From a virus, in IMG/VR virus record IMGVR_UViG_3300030108_001677, positions 22,383 to 86,382 of that record: 64,000 nucleotides of DNA; one strand, written 5' to 3'. Below, piece after piece: positions 19,201 through 27,971 of this stretch. Below the pieces are notes generated by a model that saw only the letters and a program-made list of their open reading frames with translations, was not told where the DNA came from and did no database searches. Positions within the stretch are counted from its first letter, which is position 1. Every line of letters starts with the position of its first letter. A program made the translations under genes and the position numbers.

Positions 19201-21286
19201 TGAAAGTGGATGATGATTCACGCATGGCTCTTATCCAAAAATCACTTACAACTTCATTGATGGTTAATGCTTGGACTTTGTTTTTAGCACCCCAGTCAAT
19301 TGCGTTTCGGCTTTCATAGTCTTTCATTTGTGGCCTATTCATAGCGGTCATTGTTGCATCTAAAACCAATTCCATAGACTTGTTAGAAGGCAGTGGTGAA
19401 CGCTTTTTAGTGCTGGTCGCTAAACGCTGTTCAACATCGAAAAACATAGATGGGAATAATGGTAACTCAACTAAAGCACGGGTTGAGGCATAATAGGTTG
19501 ATGTTTGCTTATCGTTTCGCACCGATGGATTATCCGCCCCAATCACTTTGTCTTTCCATACAGGCAAGAAAGAATGCTCGGTTCTATCGGGTTTGATGTC
19601 TATACCGCCCTGTCCTAATCCAGCCATAGTTAGACTTACTGACGGTGAACCCAAGTCACCGATTTCTTTTATTGCGTAGCCATCGGTTAGACTAAAATCT
19701 CTTTCAACTATTCGATCTGTTATGTCCATTAATTGTGATTTGCCACGAATCAAAACACCCCCAGTGTTAGACTCACTGTTCGGTGCTATTTCCTCAACAC
19801 GACCTTTCATTGTCAACAAATTGACTTGACATATATGCGGGCTATCGCTGTTTGTTGTTGTTGAAATCGTGTTAAGAATACCACTACGCTTTCGATTCTT
19901 TGGATGTATTAACAATAAATTCAAATCATTGTCTTTAACATTGTCAATTATGTCAAACTGCTCAAATGTGATAGGTCTTAACGATGTCCTGTGTCTTGAT
20001 ATAGGTTGATTGTAATGGTTCCCATCAGTGTTACCGGTAGCGGCTGGCACCTTCTCTTTCTTAGGGGATATAACCGATAGCGTATGGTAAGATGATAGGC
20101 TTTTCTTAACCGGGCTGATAGTGTTAGGTATGCCTTTTGGTCGCCCGTATGCGGATAATTTTGGATTACGACCAACTGAAATAGCCTCTTGTATTATTGT
20201 ATGTGGACAATTAGACACATCAATAAATGGAGAAAGTGTTTCATCACCAGTCGGATTGACACGCATTACATGGTCTTGTGGTGGCTTATTGAAATTAGCC
20301 GATGGTAATGATATAATGCCACCGGGTGCGGCTATCTCAAGTGCATCCGGTAGCGGAATGGTGGAATTAGGGTCGGTAGGATCTCCCCCATCTGCTATGA
20401 AGCGTGCATCAGTGAATGGCCTTTTCAACCAATCAGCAAGTGTTCTGTTGCGGATTGTTTGTGTTGTAGTATCTGTAAAAACAGTGTTTGAGTCCGGCAC
20501 TGTCTTTTCAACAATCAACCAAGATTTTTTACCACCTACACCCCCAACAGTGTATGACATTCCTTGTATGTCATTTTTGTCGTTTTGGAATTGTTGCCAA
20601 GCGGCCACATTACCTACTGTAAGAAAATTAGGGTCGTCTTTGTATGCGGCTATAACCTCACCGGACAGGTCTATGGCGTTGTAGTGAACCTCGACCACAC
20701 TTGGCAAGCCACCACCGTTGATACATTCACTTGGAATAGTTATTTTTGCTATTCTTGATTCTTTTTCCGGTGTCAAGTGCCTTATGTATTCTTGATTTGT
20801 TGGCTTAGTCCGGTCGTTTGTGTCAAACAATGCACGGTGTTCGGTATCAAGACCCTTTAACAAAAACGGTCTTATGTCCTCAACGGCAATTGCTAATATA
20901 GAATCGGCTGTGCTTGAAGGATAAGTGCCGGTCAAGTCTGTATTACCTTGTCCACCCTGCACAATAATTGAAGAAACTTCTTGACCGTTACCTTGTATAG
21001 ATTCAAAGGTTGATACAACACTGTTTGTAATAACATCTAAAGCCTCTCCTTGATACACTGTTTCAGTAATATTGACATTATCATTTAATGAAACAACGCT
21101 ACCAATAGAAGCATCTTCATAAGTGGATTCAAACCTGTCGGCTATACCTTGAACCGTGCGTGTAACTACCTCTTTGTTGGGCTGTGGTAACTTCGCTAAG
21201 AAAAAGTGTCCTTCGACTTTGTTGTATGAAGTAAATCCACACTGACCAACAAAATCATCAACGGCTTCGGGTAGTGTAATTGTCAT
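16223..21286 (-). CDS. Large tail protein with hub-like segment and C-terminal LamG/concanavalin-like domain
   Basis: Start MTITL at 21286 (TGATG overlap); YTLSFFF, YQHIVITR...LLYVNG, WKGVLSEMAMWN...QQVANLY. Confidence 0.75.
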   Translation of the reverse strand: MTITLPEAVDDFVGQCGFTSYNKVEGHFFLAKLPQPNKEVVTRTVQGIADRFESTYEDASIGSVVSLNDNVNITETVYQGEALDVITNSVVSTFESIQGNGQEVSSIIVQGGQGNTDLTGTYPSSTADSILAIAVEDIRPFLLKGLDTEHRALFDTNDRTKPTNQEYIRHLTPEKESRIAKITIPSECINGGGLPSVVEVHYNAIDLSGEVIAAYKDDPNFLTVGNVAAWQQFQNDKNDIQGMSYTVGGVGGKKSWLIVEKTVPDSNTVFTDTTTQTIRNRTLADWLKRPFTDARFIADGGDPTDPNSTIPLPDALEIAAPGGIISLPSANFNKPPQDHVMRVNPTGDETLSPFIDVSNCPHTIIQEAISVGRNPKLSAYGRPKGIPNTISPVKKSLSSYHTLSVISPKKEKVPAATGNTDGNHYNQPISRHRTSLRPITFEQFDIIDNVKDNDLNLLLIHPKNRKRSGILNTISTTTNSDSPHICQVNLLTMKGRVEEIAPNSESNTGGVLIRGKSQLMDITDRIVERDFSLTDGYAIKEIGDLGSPSVSLTMAGLGQGGIDIKPDRTEHSFLPVWKDKVIGADNPSVRNDKQTSTYYASTRALVELPLFPSMFFDVEQRLATSTKKRSPLPSNKSMELVLDATMTAMNRPQMKDYESRNAIDWGAKNKVQALTINEVVSDFWIRAMRESSSTFTRAASYSGAASDTQVVLGGGNNNADFSHFGTYLLVDSILPFIQGEEGGFEGTNTGNYVTAPLATEPFDNTGFVVTVGEGIISEKGIRLHIHQALTVGSESRLYFNAYQDFEDNNLSYAGLKSVIVAGLPVVMGSWLTNANGVGVGFPPVNYVIPNTQTALEGNFSALNAGVVGANSTESTVAQSFIGPLEKTFALGRTITNGVTDRSGIHLDPNDPNTVLIYDGPTMEGFTFDPGNYLYSQDTKPLVPPVECRSGYLSLKGKRSDGLTLDWVRPMKIKLGDIASVGTVSKFEDAVDELIRRINQAGHPNAKNLQGGSAFDPPPLFTNTAGQHTVVASNDTGSHMGYLRAFLGQTVESRDGEEGLSIVIHSTVPGASGRNFAVWINNESPYPYRPIQAVGHGGLLATNSRSYQAGAFPVPLPLGMDGETHLPITTFQGGVHGAVSDADNNLRTYEGVGQEFEFNTVSLPQFENGDAIPNYDPESQPTLMVERKALDILYRIKGTISRENKGLILVDGQHLGEFDDIITGVNGVPPSKVSGVGSCIGLANTQPLDKTLGKKWKDLFYDNTGALKEVPVKLLNPLVDANGILFFGGGHTGVTFDISDGTDNDYSDFYTHHYSKGPAGNSGFQNLEGVQTSAAVLDFSELKNEDTVNSNTYRGMHHQVNTVVTGALPDAANTLDTRNTCLWYLPMSQEELGQPQARKKLAIDTIHGSKVYVNRSDTVALVAGPTADPSCKGVLSNGHTSAFAIALHDKDLVVNNNNALTNVPSLVPIQDEWVDDATSQYTLSFFFLPGDTGNWSSQAWGNGPVYHGFINTGQADYKGLGVSIFSKQGSSSGVFSYRVAVMTPHNNGTDVVVSAEITDRPKSEYQHIVITRNPTSTQALLYVNGVLEAYAPWTLLEPLALDSGRHLPQTIGVGNALASGLYGKSSYMHCVGIDLLAPSNYPGYYHGTHGSGNNDPRYWKGVLSEMAMWNHGMTAQQVANLYNARNTW

Positions 21287-24057
21287 CAAATACCCCACTT
21301 ATCTTCAATATATTGCCTCACATCAGTCAATTCGTTTTGGTTTAATTCCTTCTTGTAAAAAAGAATTTCGTGAATCATAAACCCGCTTGGTGCCGTTCCT
21401 TCAAAAATTAACCCTCTCCTACCTTGACCTATGAAACCGAATAGGTTTATGCCAGCGTTGAATACATCGGAGAATGTTGCTGGGTTTCCTAACGGCCAAT
21501 TGCCCTGTGGATCATCTAACACAGGGTGAAAAACAAATCGGCTTGCACCCGGATTACCAGCGAATTGAGCGTTGTATAATGGGTTAGAACCACCAACTTC
21601 GGTGTAAAGCGACCAAGTGCCAGCATTACCGTTTTGTGGGTCACAACGCACTATAACTACTGATGGTGTTCCGGCAACTGGTGTTCCAGCCGTTCCTACT
21701 GATACCGGTCCAAAGCCACCACCATCCATTAGTAAAGTCGGACCTACAACGGCTGGCAATCCAGCATCTAACTTTTGACTTCTATGACCAACACCAAACT
21801 TACTGTCAAACATATTCAACGGCACATTAGGGTCGTATGGTGCGGGCGTTACCACATAAACAAAGGTGTATTTACCATTTGTGTGATTTACTTCATTGTG
21901 GAACGCACTGAATTGTTGCTTACCCTGTGGCACCAACAATGGGAGGCTTGGGATATATCCACGATAACCCACTGGATTGGCTGGGTCAAACGGTGCCATG
22001 CCTAATCGGCTACCAAATTTATTGACCCAACCACTAAATATGGTCGGACCTGTTTTTCCTATTCTTGCCATTTCCCATTCTAACGGCATACCGCCAAATG
22101 AATGGAGTCCTTCACCTTCGGAAAACTCAAGAACCCAACCCATTTGTGTGTCCAAATCGTGTAAAAACGGCACACCTATTTGGCCTTGATAATTATAATC
22201 TGTAATGCTGGCCGCTTTCAAAGAACCTATACTGTTAGTGGCTGGGTTGTGTTTAACATAGATCCACGGAAACATAAACATCGGACCGGAATAAAATACC
22301 GCTTCCGGATGAAGTGTTGATTTGCTTTTCCACCAAGAAACTTCTGTCGTTTGCTTACCTACTTGTTGTCCGTGAGCATCAAACATATAACGAGGATCAT
22401 TCCCATCCAGCCACAAAATCAACTCATTTGTAAAAGGTGCAAGGTAATCAGCAGGGTTGAAAAGACCGGTTGTTTGTGATGGAGAAACACGATTTGCTTC
22501 GGTGTTTCGTGATGTTTTACTGACCCAATAAGCATCATTCCCGAAGCCCGATTTGTCCGTAAAGAATTGACCTTGTGTGAACCTTGCTCTTGTCATTTGA
22601 CCCTTCTTTCTCAATTTGCCACCATTGTCAATGATTAAGTCACCATTACCAAGCGTGAACCAAACAGGGGTATTATCGGTGTGTTCAAACAAAAACCCTT
22701 GAGTATGAGGATCTGCATCAACATCAGCATCAATCAAGATACTGTTTTGCACTACTACCCTATCGTTTTGAAAATCTAACGCTATGATTCTTACTCTTTC
22801 AATAGGGTTTCCAATCGGATCTAATGCTATCCCGCCATCGGTATCGGCATCAGTGGGATTAAAAGAATAAGATGAAAAGGGCAAGCCGGTGATAGGATCG
22901 GTGCCCGATGTGTTGACAATAGCATTTAGACTGGACACAGGCAAGCCATCTGTATGATATGAGTCCTTTGTTACGATAGCACCTATGTCTAAAATTCGAC
23001 TACCCCACCATGTTTGTAATGGCAATTCTTCGACTGGTATTTTCAATAAGTAAGATGCAATTAATTCTAAAGCGGTTGCCTTACCAAAAGGATGATTTCT
23101 TATTTTGAATGTTCCATAATCCATACCTGTGGCTAAAGAAATCGGATTAGTGACGGGTTGTGTTACTGCAACATTGGTAAAATCATACGCTACACATACC
23201 ATCGGTAGTGGCATGTCTGCATCTTCATCTCCTGTTCCGTCAATAATCGGTGTAGTGAATGCGGGTGTCTTGTTGTTAAAGAAATACAAATCCGGCACAT
23301 CAATTTCATCTTCAAAATCCCATAAGCCTATGGTGTCTTGTGTCTTGGTAAGAGGCTGTAATTGTGGTGCTACAATCCCCCTGCTAATACGCACACTTTC
23401 GATAACGCCCCTGTATTGGCCGCCTGTTCCTCCGATGTGAAGATCCGATGAGAATGCTTTTGTTGTCCGTGTTTCACCACCAAAGTCTAACTCGCCAAAC
23501 AACTCTCCGTTGACAAAGACTCTTAGCCCCTCTCCTGTGAATTGAGCGTTAATGTAAAACATCGGATTGCCACTTAACGATAAATCATGAGGCAAATTGC
23601 CACCTACGCCGTATGTTCCACCTACGGCAAATTCATTTGCGGCTGGCGACCACAAGTGTGGGATAGTTAGAGTTTCTATTGCTTCACTATTCCCAGCATT
23701 TCGTGTCAAAACACTGAAACTAAGATTTGCTGACTGGCGTATTTCACCAAATTTCAAAGTGTAACAGCCTTCTTTATGCACTATAACACCGCCACAATCC
23801 GGTATAACATAGGCTTCTATTGTGAATGGTCCGATTAGATTGTTCAACGGATTCCCTTCGTTTGGAATATGTCTTAGGCCAATCTTTGGCTCATCACTGT
23901 TATATGAAGAAACTTTGTTGGTTATACCCTTTTTTTCAGCATGACCGCTTGGGAATAAATCAACACCGGTTTCTCTAAATGCACCAGTGGGAACAACCAT
24001 GCCGTCAGTAAAGCCGTTCAACCGCACGGCTTGTGTGCTTACCCTCTCAACCGCCAT
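21286..24057 (-). CDS. Tail-associated protein with two LamG-like domains
   Basis: FTIEAYV...RVFVNG...LHIGG...YRGVIESVRIS...GLWDFED; second domain LILWLDG...IHEILFY...YIEDKWGI. Confidence 0.75.
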   Translation of the reverse strand: MAVERVSTQAVRLNGFTDGMVVPTGAFRETGVDLFPSGHAEKKGITNKVSSYNSDEPKIGLRHIPNEGNPLNNLIGPFTIEAYVIPDCGGVIVHKEGCYTLKFGEIRQSANLSFSVLTRNAGNSEAIETLTIPHLWSPAANEFAVGGTYGVGGNLPHDLSLSGNPMFYINAQFTGEGLRVFVNGELFGELDFGGETRTTKAFSSDLHIGGTGGQYRGVIESVRISRGIVAPQLQPLTKTQDTIGLWDFEDEIDVPDLYFFNNKTPAFTTPIIDGTGDEDADMPLPMVCVAYDFTNVAVTQPVTNPISLATGMDYGTFKIRNHPFGKATALELIASYLLKIPVEELPLQTWWGSRILDIGAIVTKDSYHTDGLPVSSLNAIVNTSGTDPITGLPFSSYSFNPTDADTDGGIALDPIGNPIERVRIIALDFQNDRVVVQNSILIDADVDADPHTQGFLFEHTDNTPVWFTLGNGDLIIDNGGKLRKKGQMTRARFTQGQFFTDKSGFGNDAYWVSKTSRNTEANRVSPSQTTGLFNPADYLAPFTNELILWLDGNDPRYMFDAHGQQVGKQTTEVSWWKSKSTLHPEAVFYSGPMFMFPWIYVKHNPATNSIGSLKAASITDYNYQGQIGVPFLHDLDTQMGWVLEFSEGEGLHSFGGMPLEWEMARIGKTGPTIFSGWVNKFGSRLGMAPFDPANPVGYRGYIPSLPLLVPQGKQQFSAFHNEVNHTNGKYTFVYVVTPAPYDPNVPLNMFDSKFGVGHRSQKLDAGLPAVVGPTLLMDGGGFGPVSVGTAGTPVAGTPSVVIVRCDPQNGNAGTWSLYTEVGGSNPLYNAQFAGNPGASRFVFHPVLDDPQGNWPLGNPATFSDVFNAGINLFGFIGQGRRGLIFEGTAPSGFMIHEILFYKKELNQNELTDVRQYIEDKWGI

Positions 24058-24061
24058 CTCA

Positions 24062-25327
24062 TCAAATCCCTATCAACTGCTCAACTGCGGCGAACCCAAT
24101 GTTGAATGTATAGACCGAATCACCTGCCGCATAGGCTGGTGTGAATGTCTGTATTACACCGGGTATTGCCACCTTTTGCTGGAAAAAAGGGTTAGGTCTG
24201 TTTAGAACCCCTCCTTCAACAGTGACAGGATCGAAAGGTTCTGTATTATCTTCGGATGGGTAGTCTGTGCCCGGTCCGGATGGAATGATAAACTGCCTCA
24301 AGACCTCACCACTTGCCCCAGCAGTTATCATGGATTCGTAAGGCACCCTTAAACCAACGATATACTTCTTTACCGATGAAGATTCATCTATGTTCAACAA
24401 TTTAGAAACATCAAATGATGATAATGAATCGGGCAATTCAACTAAATCTCCCGTCAAGGCTTGTGGTGAAATCATACCACCACCAGCCGATGCGTTCATT
24501 GTCATATTCAACAAGTCTTGAACCTTATCTCCCTTGCTTTTGCGTGAGCCAGTCACGCCTCCTGTAAAGGCTGATACAAAGAAAGAGTTAGTCCAAACAC
24601 TGCTGTTTGATACAAGAGGATCGGCACCTTTTATGACCGGCTTGTTACCCTTTTCACTTTTTACTGTATTAGTAATGGTAATCTTGCCATTACCTTGCCC
24701 CGCACCCCCCATTTGGTTGCTCAAAATTTGATTTGCACCTGCGCTTACTGTTGCAGTAACAACGGTATTTATGACCACCTGTGTCGCCGCAACTTGCACA
24801 AACGAATTACCTGCAACAGCCGTTTGTATTGCTGTGGCAACTCCGCCTATGTTGGTGACATTTTGTATATTGATGGGTATTGTGGACACACCACCAGTGA
24901 TAGTGTTGTTGATTGCGCCTGTTTTGTCGAATTTCAAAACAATTGATTCTCCGTTACCAGCGTCAATTTGACCAGCAGTGCTAAATCTAATTTCCTTGCC
25001 ATGCAAATCATCTTTTATGTTTTGGGCGGATGCCTGTGCTACTGAAAGTGCGGTGGCTAATTGAGAAGCCCATGTCGTGTAATTGCCCGTTGCTCTTGTT
25101 AAATCAATCACACAAGAAGCGGCACTACCAGCCGATGCAAACTCATCGTCTGTGATTACCCCATCAATCGTAATGGACAACATGTTGCTGTTCAAATCTA
25201 AAGCGGCACGGGTAGCGACAATCGGTATAGGCCATGTTGCTACCCCCCTTGTTACTGCAAACGAAATTTGTGATGCCTTTAATTCGATGATTTGTCCGTC
25301 TTTACGAATTAATTGTATCATTGGCAT
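24062..25327 (-). CDS. Putative distal tail (Dit-like) protein with inserted domain
   Basis: Immediately downstream of the tape measure gene; ITIDGVI near the N-terminus and GVIQTF...YTFNIGF near the C-terminus flank a G/A/T-rich insert. Confidence 0.5.
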   Translation of the reverse strand: MPMIQLIRKDGQIIELKASQISFAVTRGVATWPIPIVATRAALDLNSNMLSITIDGVITDDEFASAGSAASCVIDLTRATGNYTTWASQLATALSVAQASAQNIKDDLHGKEIRFSTAGQIDAGNGESIVLKFDKTGAINNTITGGVSTIPINIQNVTNIGGVATAIQTAVAGNSFVQVAATQVVINTVVTATVSAGANQILSNQMGGAGQGNGKITITNTVKSEKGNKPVIKGADPLVSNSSVWTNSFFVSAFTGGVTGSRKSKGDKVQDLLNMTMNASAGGGMISPQALTGDLVELPDSLSSFDVSKLLNIDESSSVKKYIVGLRVPYESMITAGASGEVLRQFIIPSGPGTDYPSEDNTEPFDPVTVEGGVLNRPNPFFQQKVAIPGVIQTFTPAYAAGDSVYTFNIGFAAVEQLIGI

Positions 25328-25329
25328 GA

Positions 25330-26904
25330 CTAAATCCCCCTACTAAACCCACCTTGTCTTGAACGGTTCTTGAATAATCGCCCAACTTCTTCGCCCACCA
25401 TTCGTGCTATCCTACGGGGGTCGCCATTTGCACCACTTACATTGATGTTGATTGTGGTTTCACCGCCTCCCATATCACCCGCACTTTGTATAGTTACAGG
25501 TATGGTTCGGCCATCGGGTAGTGGCACTACTGCTTCTGTGCCGTGCAATTCAGCAGGGTAGCCGGACTTAGGACCAGTTACTACACCACCCCTTGCTAAC
25601 TTCAACCCTTCAATGTTAATTTTCGGCACATCGTCAAATGGATTAATCTTGTTAAATACGCCAATTACTTTGTTCAATAACTTCAATGCTGGTGAAATGA
25701 AGTCAATTAGGCTATTAACGAATTGCTTGAAGAATGCCTTAACTCCGCTTAATACATCTTTCCAAACACCGCCAATTGATATTAGAATCTCCTTAACCTT
25801 GCCAAAGTCACCACGCAGTAATGCTACAAACGCACTAACAAGTTTCATGGCGGTTCTAACGATTCCCATAAAGATAGTCAGTATAAAGCCAAATGCGGCT
25901 ATCAGCATTTTGTAGTAAGGTGCTATGTATGGATATACGAAACGCACGATCCTAATCACGATAGAAATGATGGCCGCCGCAAGGAACACTACGGTTGCTA
26001 TAATCTCACTTACTAACTGGATTATGTCACCTATGAAAGCAAATATGCCGGAATTGACCAAGAAATCCATAAGATATTGGAATAATCCGACAACCATATC
26101 GAAGAATTGTTGAACACCACCGTCACCAAGCGCACCCATTATCATATCCCATGCGTCAGCAAACCCTTCGTAAATTGTAACAATACCATCAAGCACTGCT
26201 TGTAAGAAACCGGATTCGGCTAAAGCAGTAATAAAGGACATGATGATGCCAGTTATCATTGTCCAATAGCCCATGAATAACTCCGCTACGAATGTTAAGG
26301 CATCAACAATACCATCCACTACTGATTGGAAATCAAGACCATCGGGCAGTGTCAAATTATCTTTGAGCGTTTGCCATGTTTCTTTTATCTTAGCGATAGC
26401 GTTGTCAATAACGCCCATCAATCCACCGATAATTGGCAGATCTTCTAACCACTTTCTAAGCGTTCCTCCACCTGTATCGAAAGCGGCAACAAGTAACATA
26501 ACGACACCTACCACCCCCATCATCAGCCCCATAAGCGGCAATATAGACATCAATAACATCTTGAAGAAACCACCAACCCCCTTGACAACACCACCAAGCA
26601 ACATGAACGGTGCGGCAAGGACTGTGGCCGCCACACCCATACGCTCACTGGATTCTTCGGTTTTATCAGCCGATTCTTCCATAGTGTTGCCCAAATCTTG
26701 TGCTGGTTTGTTAGCATCAGTGAAGGTTGATGTAAGGCTCTTTACAGCCATGTCCACTTTCATGTATGTTTTCATCAAAGGACCGAATACCTTGAGCAAC
26801 ACACGGGTTTTATCGGGTAAAATTGTTAGAACATCGTTAAATTCTTGATAGGTAGCAATCAGATCCGCCATAGCGTAATTGTTTTGCTTTAACGAATTAG
26901 CCAT
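25330..26904 (-). CDS. Tail tape measure protein
   Basis: 524 aa of amphipathic/hydrophobic helical repeats; C-terminal LARGGVV..P...AELHGTEAVVPL...TININV; follows the chaperone genes. Confidence 0.85.
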   Translation of the reverse strand: MANSLKQNNYAMADLIATYQEFNDVLTILPDKTRVLLKVFGPLMKTYMKVDMAVKSLTSTFTDANKPAQDLGNTMEESADKTEESSERMGVAATVLAAPFMLLGGVVKGVGGFFKMLLMSILPLMGLMMGVVGVVMLLVAAFDTGGGTLRKWLEDLPIIGGLMGVIDNAIAKIKETWQTLKDNLTLPDGLDFQSVVDGIVDALTFVAELFMGYWTMITGIIMSFITALAESGFLQAVLDGIVTIYEGFADAWDMIMGALGDGGVQQFFDMVVGLFQYLMDFLVNSGIFAFIGDIIQLVSEIIATVVFLAAAIISIVIRIVRFVYPYIAPYYKMLIAAFGFILTIFMGIVRTAMKLVSAFVALLRGDFGKVKEILISIGGVWKDVLSGVKAFFKQFVNSLIDFISPALKLLNKVIGVFNKINPFDDVPKINIEGLKLARGGVVTGPKSGYPAELHGTEAVVPLPDGRTIPVTIQSAGDMGGGETTININVSGANGDPRRIARMVGEEVGRLFKNRSRQGGFSRGI

Positions 26905-27208
26905 CTTGATACCCCAGTTTTGCGTTCATGCGCTCAAAGAAGTCAGCGTCACTTGTTGTTTTTACGCTACGCCCCTTATTACCGCCCACATCGTTCTCAC
27001 GCTTTAATTTCTCCATCTCATTGGACTCTATTTCTTTATATGTGGACAGTATGTAGTAATCCATAATCACCTGTTCGGGTGGCATGTTATCCCACGCTTG
27101 TGGAGAACACTTGAAAAAATGTGCAAGGAAAAACACTGGTAGTCTGTGTGCAATCACTGGGATTTTGTATTCGTCTATTGGCGTTTCGCCCTCTCCATCC
27201 CATGTCAT
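26897..27208 (-). CDS. Tail assembly chaperone, C-terminal (gpT-like) part, probably reached by -1 frameshift
   Basis: LAHFFKCSPQAWDNMP motif; its frame is open back to a slippery heptamer in the upstream gene. Confidence 0.7.
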   Translation of the reverse strand: MTWDGEGETPIDEYKIPVIAHRLPVFFLAHFFKCSPQAWDNMPPEQVIMDYYILSTYKEIESNEMEKLKRENDVGGNKGRSVKTTSDADFFERMNAKLGYQDG

Positions 27209-27231
27209 GAATGACCGAACATCGTCAAGGG

Positions 27232-27594
27232 TTATCCCAAAGGGGCTGAACCGCCCGCAATACCACGCATCAAATCCTCAAACGAAGGCAGTATTGATTG
27301 TAGTGCTTCACCGACTTCGGGTTTGATGTTTAGCAATTGAGATGTTGTCAATGATGGTTCGGTCTTTTCGACACATGTTGTGATTACGAATTTCCAATAA
27401 CCACCAAAGTCAATCTTTGGTGTCATATCCCCGCCATCAGCACTGATACTAACGAATTTTGTCAAAGCATTTTGACGCTCAAGCCAAGTCAATTGCTTGA
27501 CCCATACCGTCATTTCGCCAAATGGCGTGTCAATTGTATGTTCTTCTGCTTCGTTTCCAATCAATAAATCATTCGCTGTCGCTTTCTCCGCCAT
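27232..27594 (-). CDS. Tail assembly chaperone (gpG-like)
   Basis: Between tail tube and tape measure genes; GGTGA SD before MAEKAT at 27594. Confidence 0.75.
   Translation of the reverse strand: MAEKATANDLLIGNEAEEHTIDTPFGEMTVWVKQLTWLERQNALTKFVSISADGGDMTPKIDFGGYWKFVITTCVEKTEPSLTTSQLLNIKPEVGEALQSILPSFEDLMRGIAGGSAPLG
27238..27244 (-). other. Programmed -1 ribosomal frameshift site C CCT TTG
   Basis: X XXY YYZ heptamer just before the stop (one intervening GGA codon); the -1 frame continues GITLDDVRSFMTWD into the 26897-27208 ORF. Confidence 0.75.
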
Positions 27595-27934
27595 CTGTTT
27601 CACCTTCGGTTACTGGCTCGGCTTGACCTGCATCATCTTCGCTCAAACGAGCAATAAGATCTGCTTTCAGTCCGGTAGCGTCAAGACCACGCTGGCTACA
27701 CAAGACCTGCAATTCAGTCTTGTTCATGTCAGCGTATTCTTTGTTTTCCGCTACTGGTGCCTCAACAGTCACTTCCGGTGATGATGTCGGTTCAACAACA
27801 GGAACAGTGCTTACGGAAACTTCTATGCCTTGTGCTGAAACACCAACGCCTTCAATAATTCGGCCATTGGTAATAGTCCAATTCAAAAATTCCCTGCGCC
27901 CTGCGATTTCAACATATCCTGTTAGCCTTACCAT
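27569..27934 (-). CDS. SAP-domain protein
   Basis: YADMNKTELQVLCSQRGLDATGLKADLIARL is a typical SAP motif; start 27934 (GGTGA SD) or 27952. Confidence 0.75.
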   Translation of the reverse strand: MVRLTGYVEIAGRREFLNWTITNGRIIEGVGVSAQGIEVSVSTVPVVEPTSSPEVTVEAPVAENKEYADMNKTELQVLCSQRGLDATGLKADLIARLSEDDAGQAEPVTEGETDGGESDSE

Positions 27935-27971
27935 TATTCTCACCCTTGTCATGCTTGTTAATTAACTTTAT

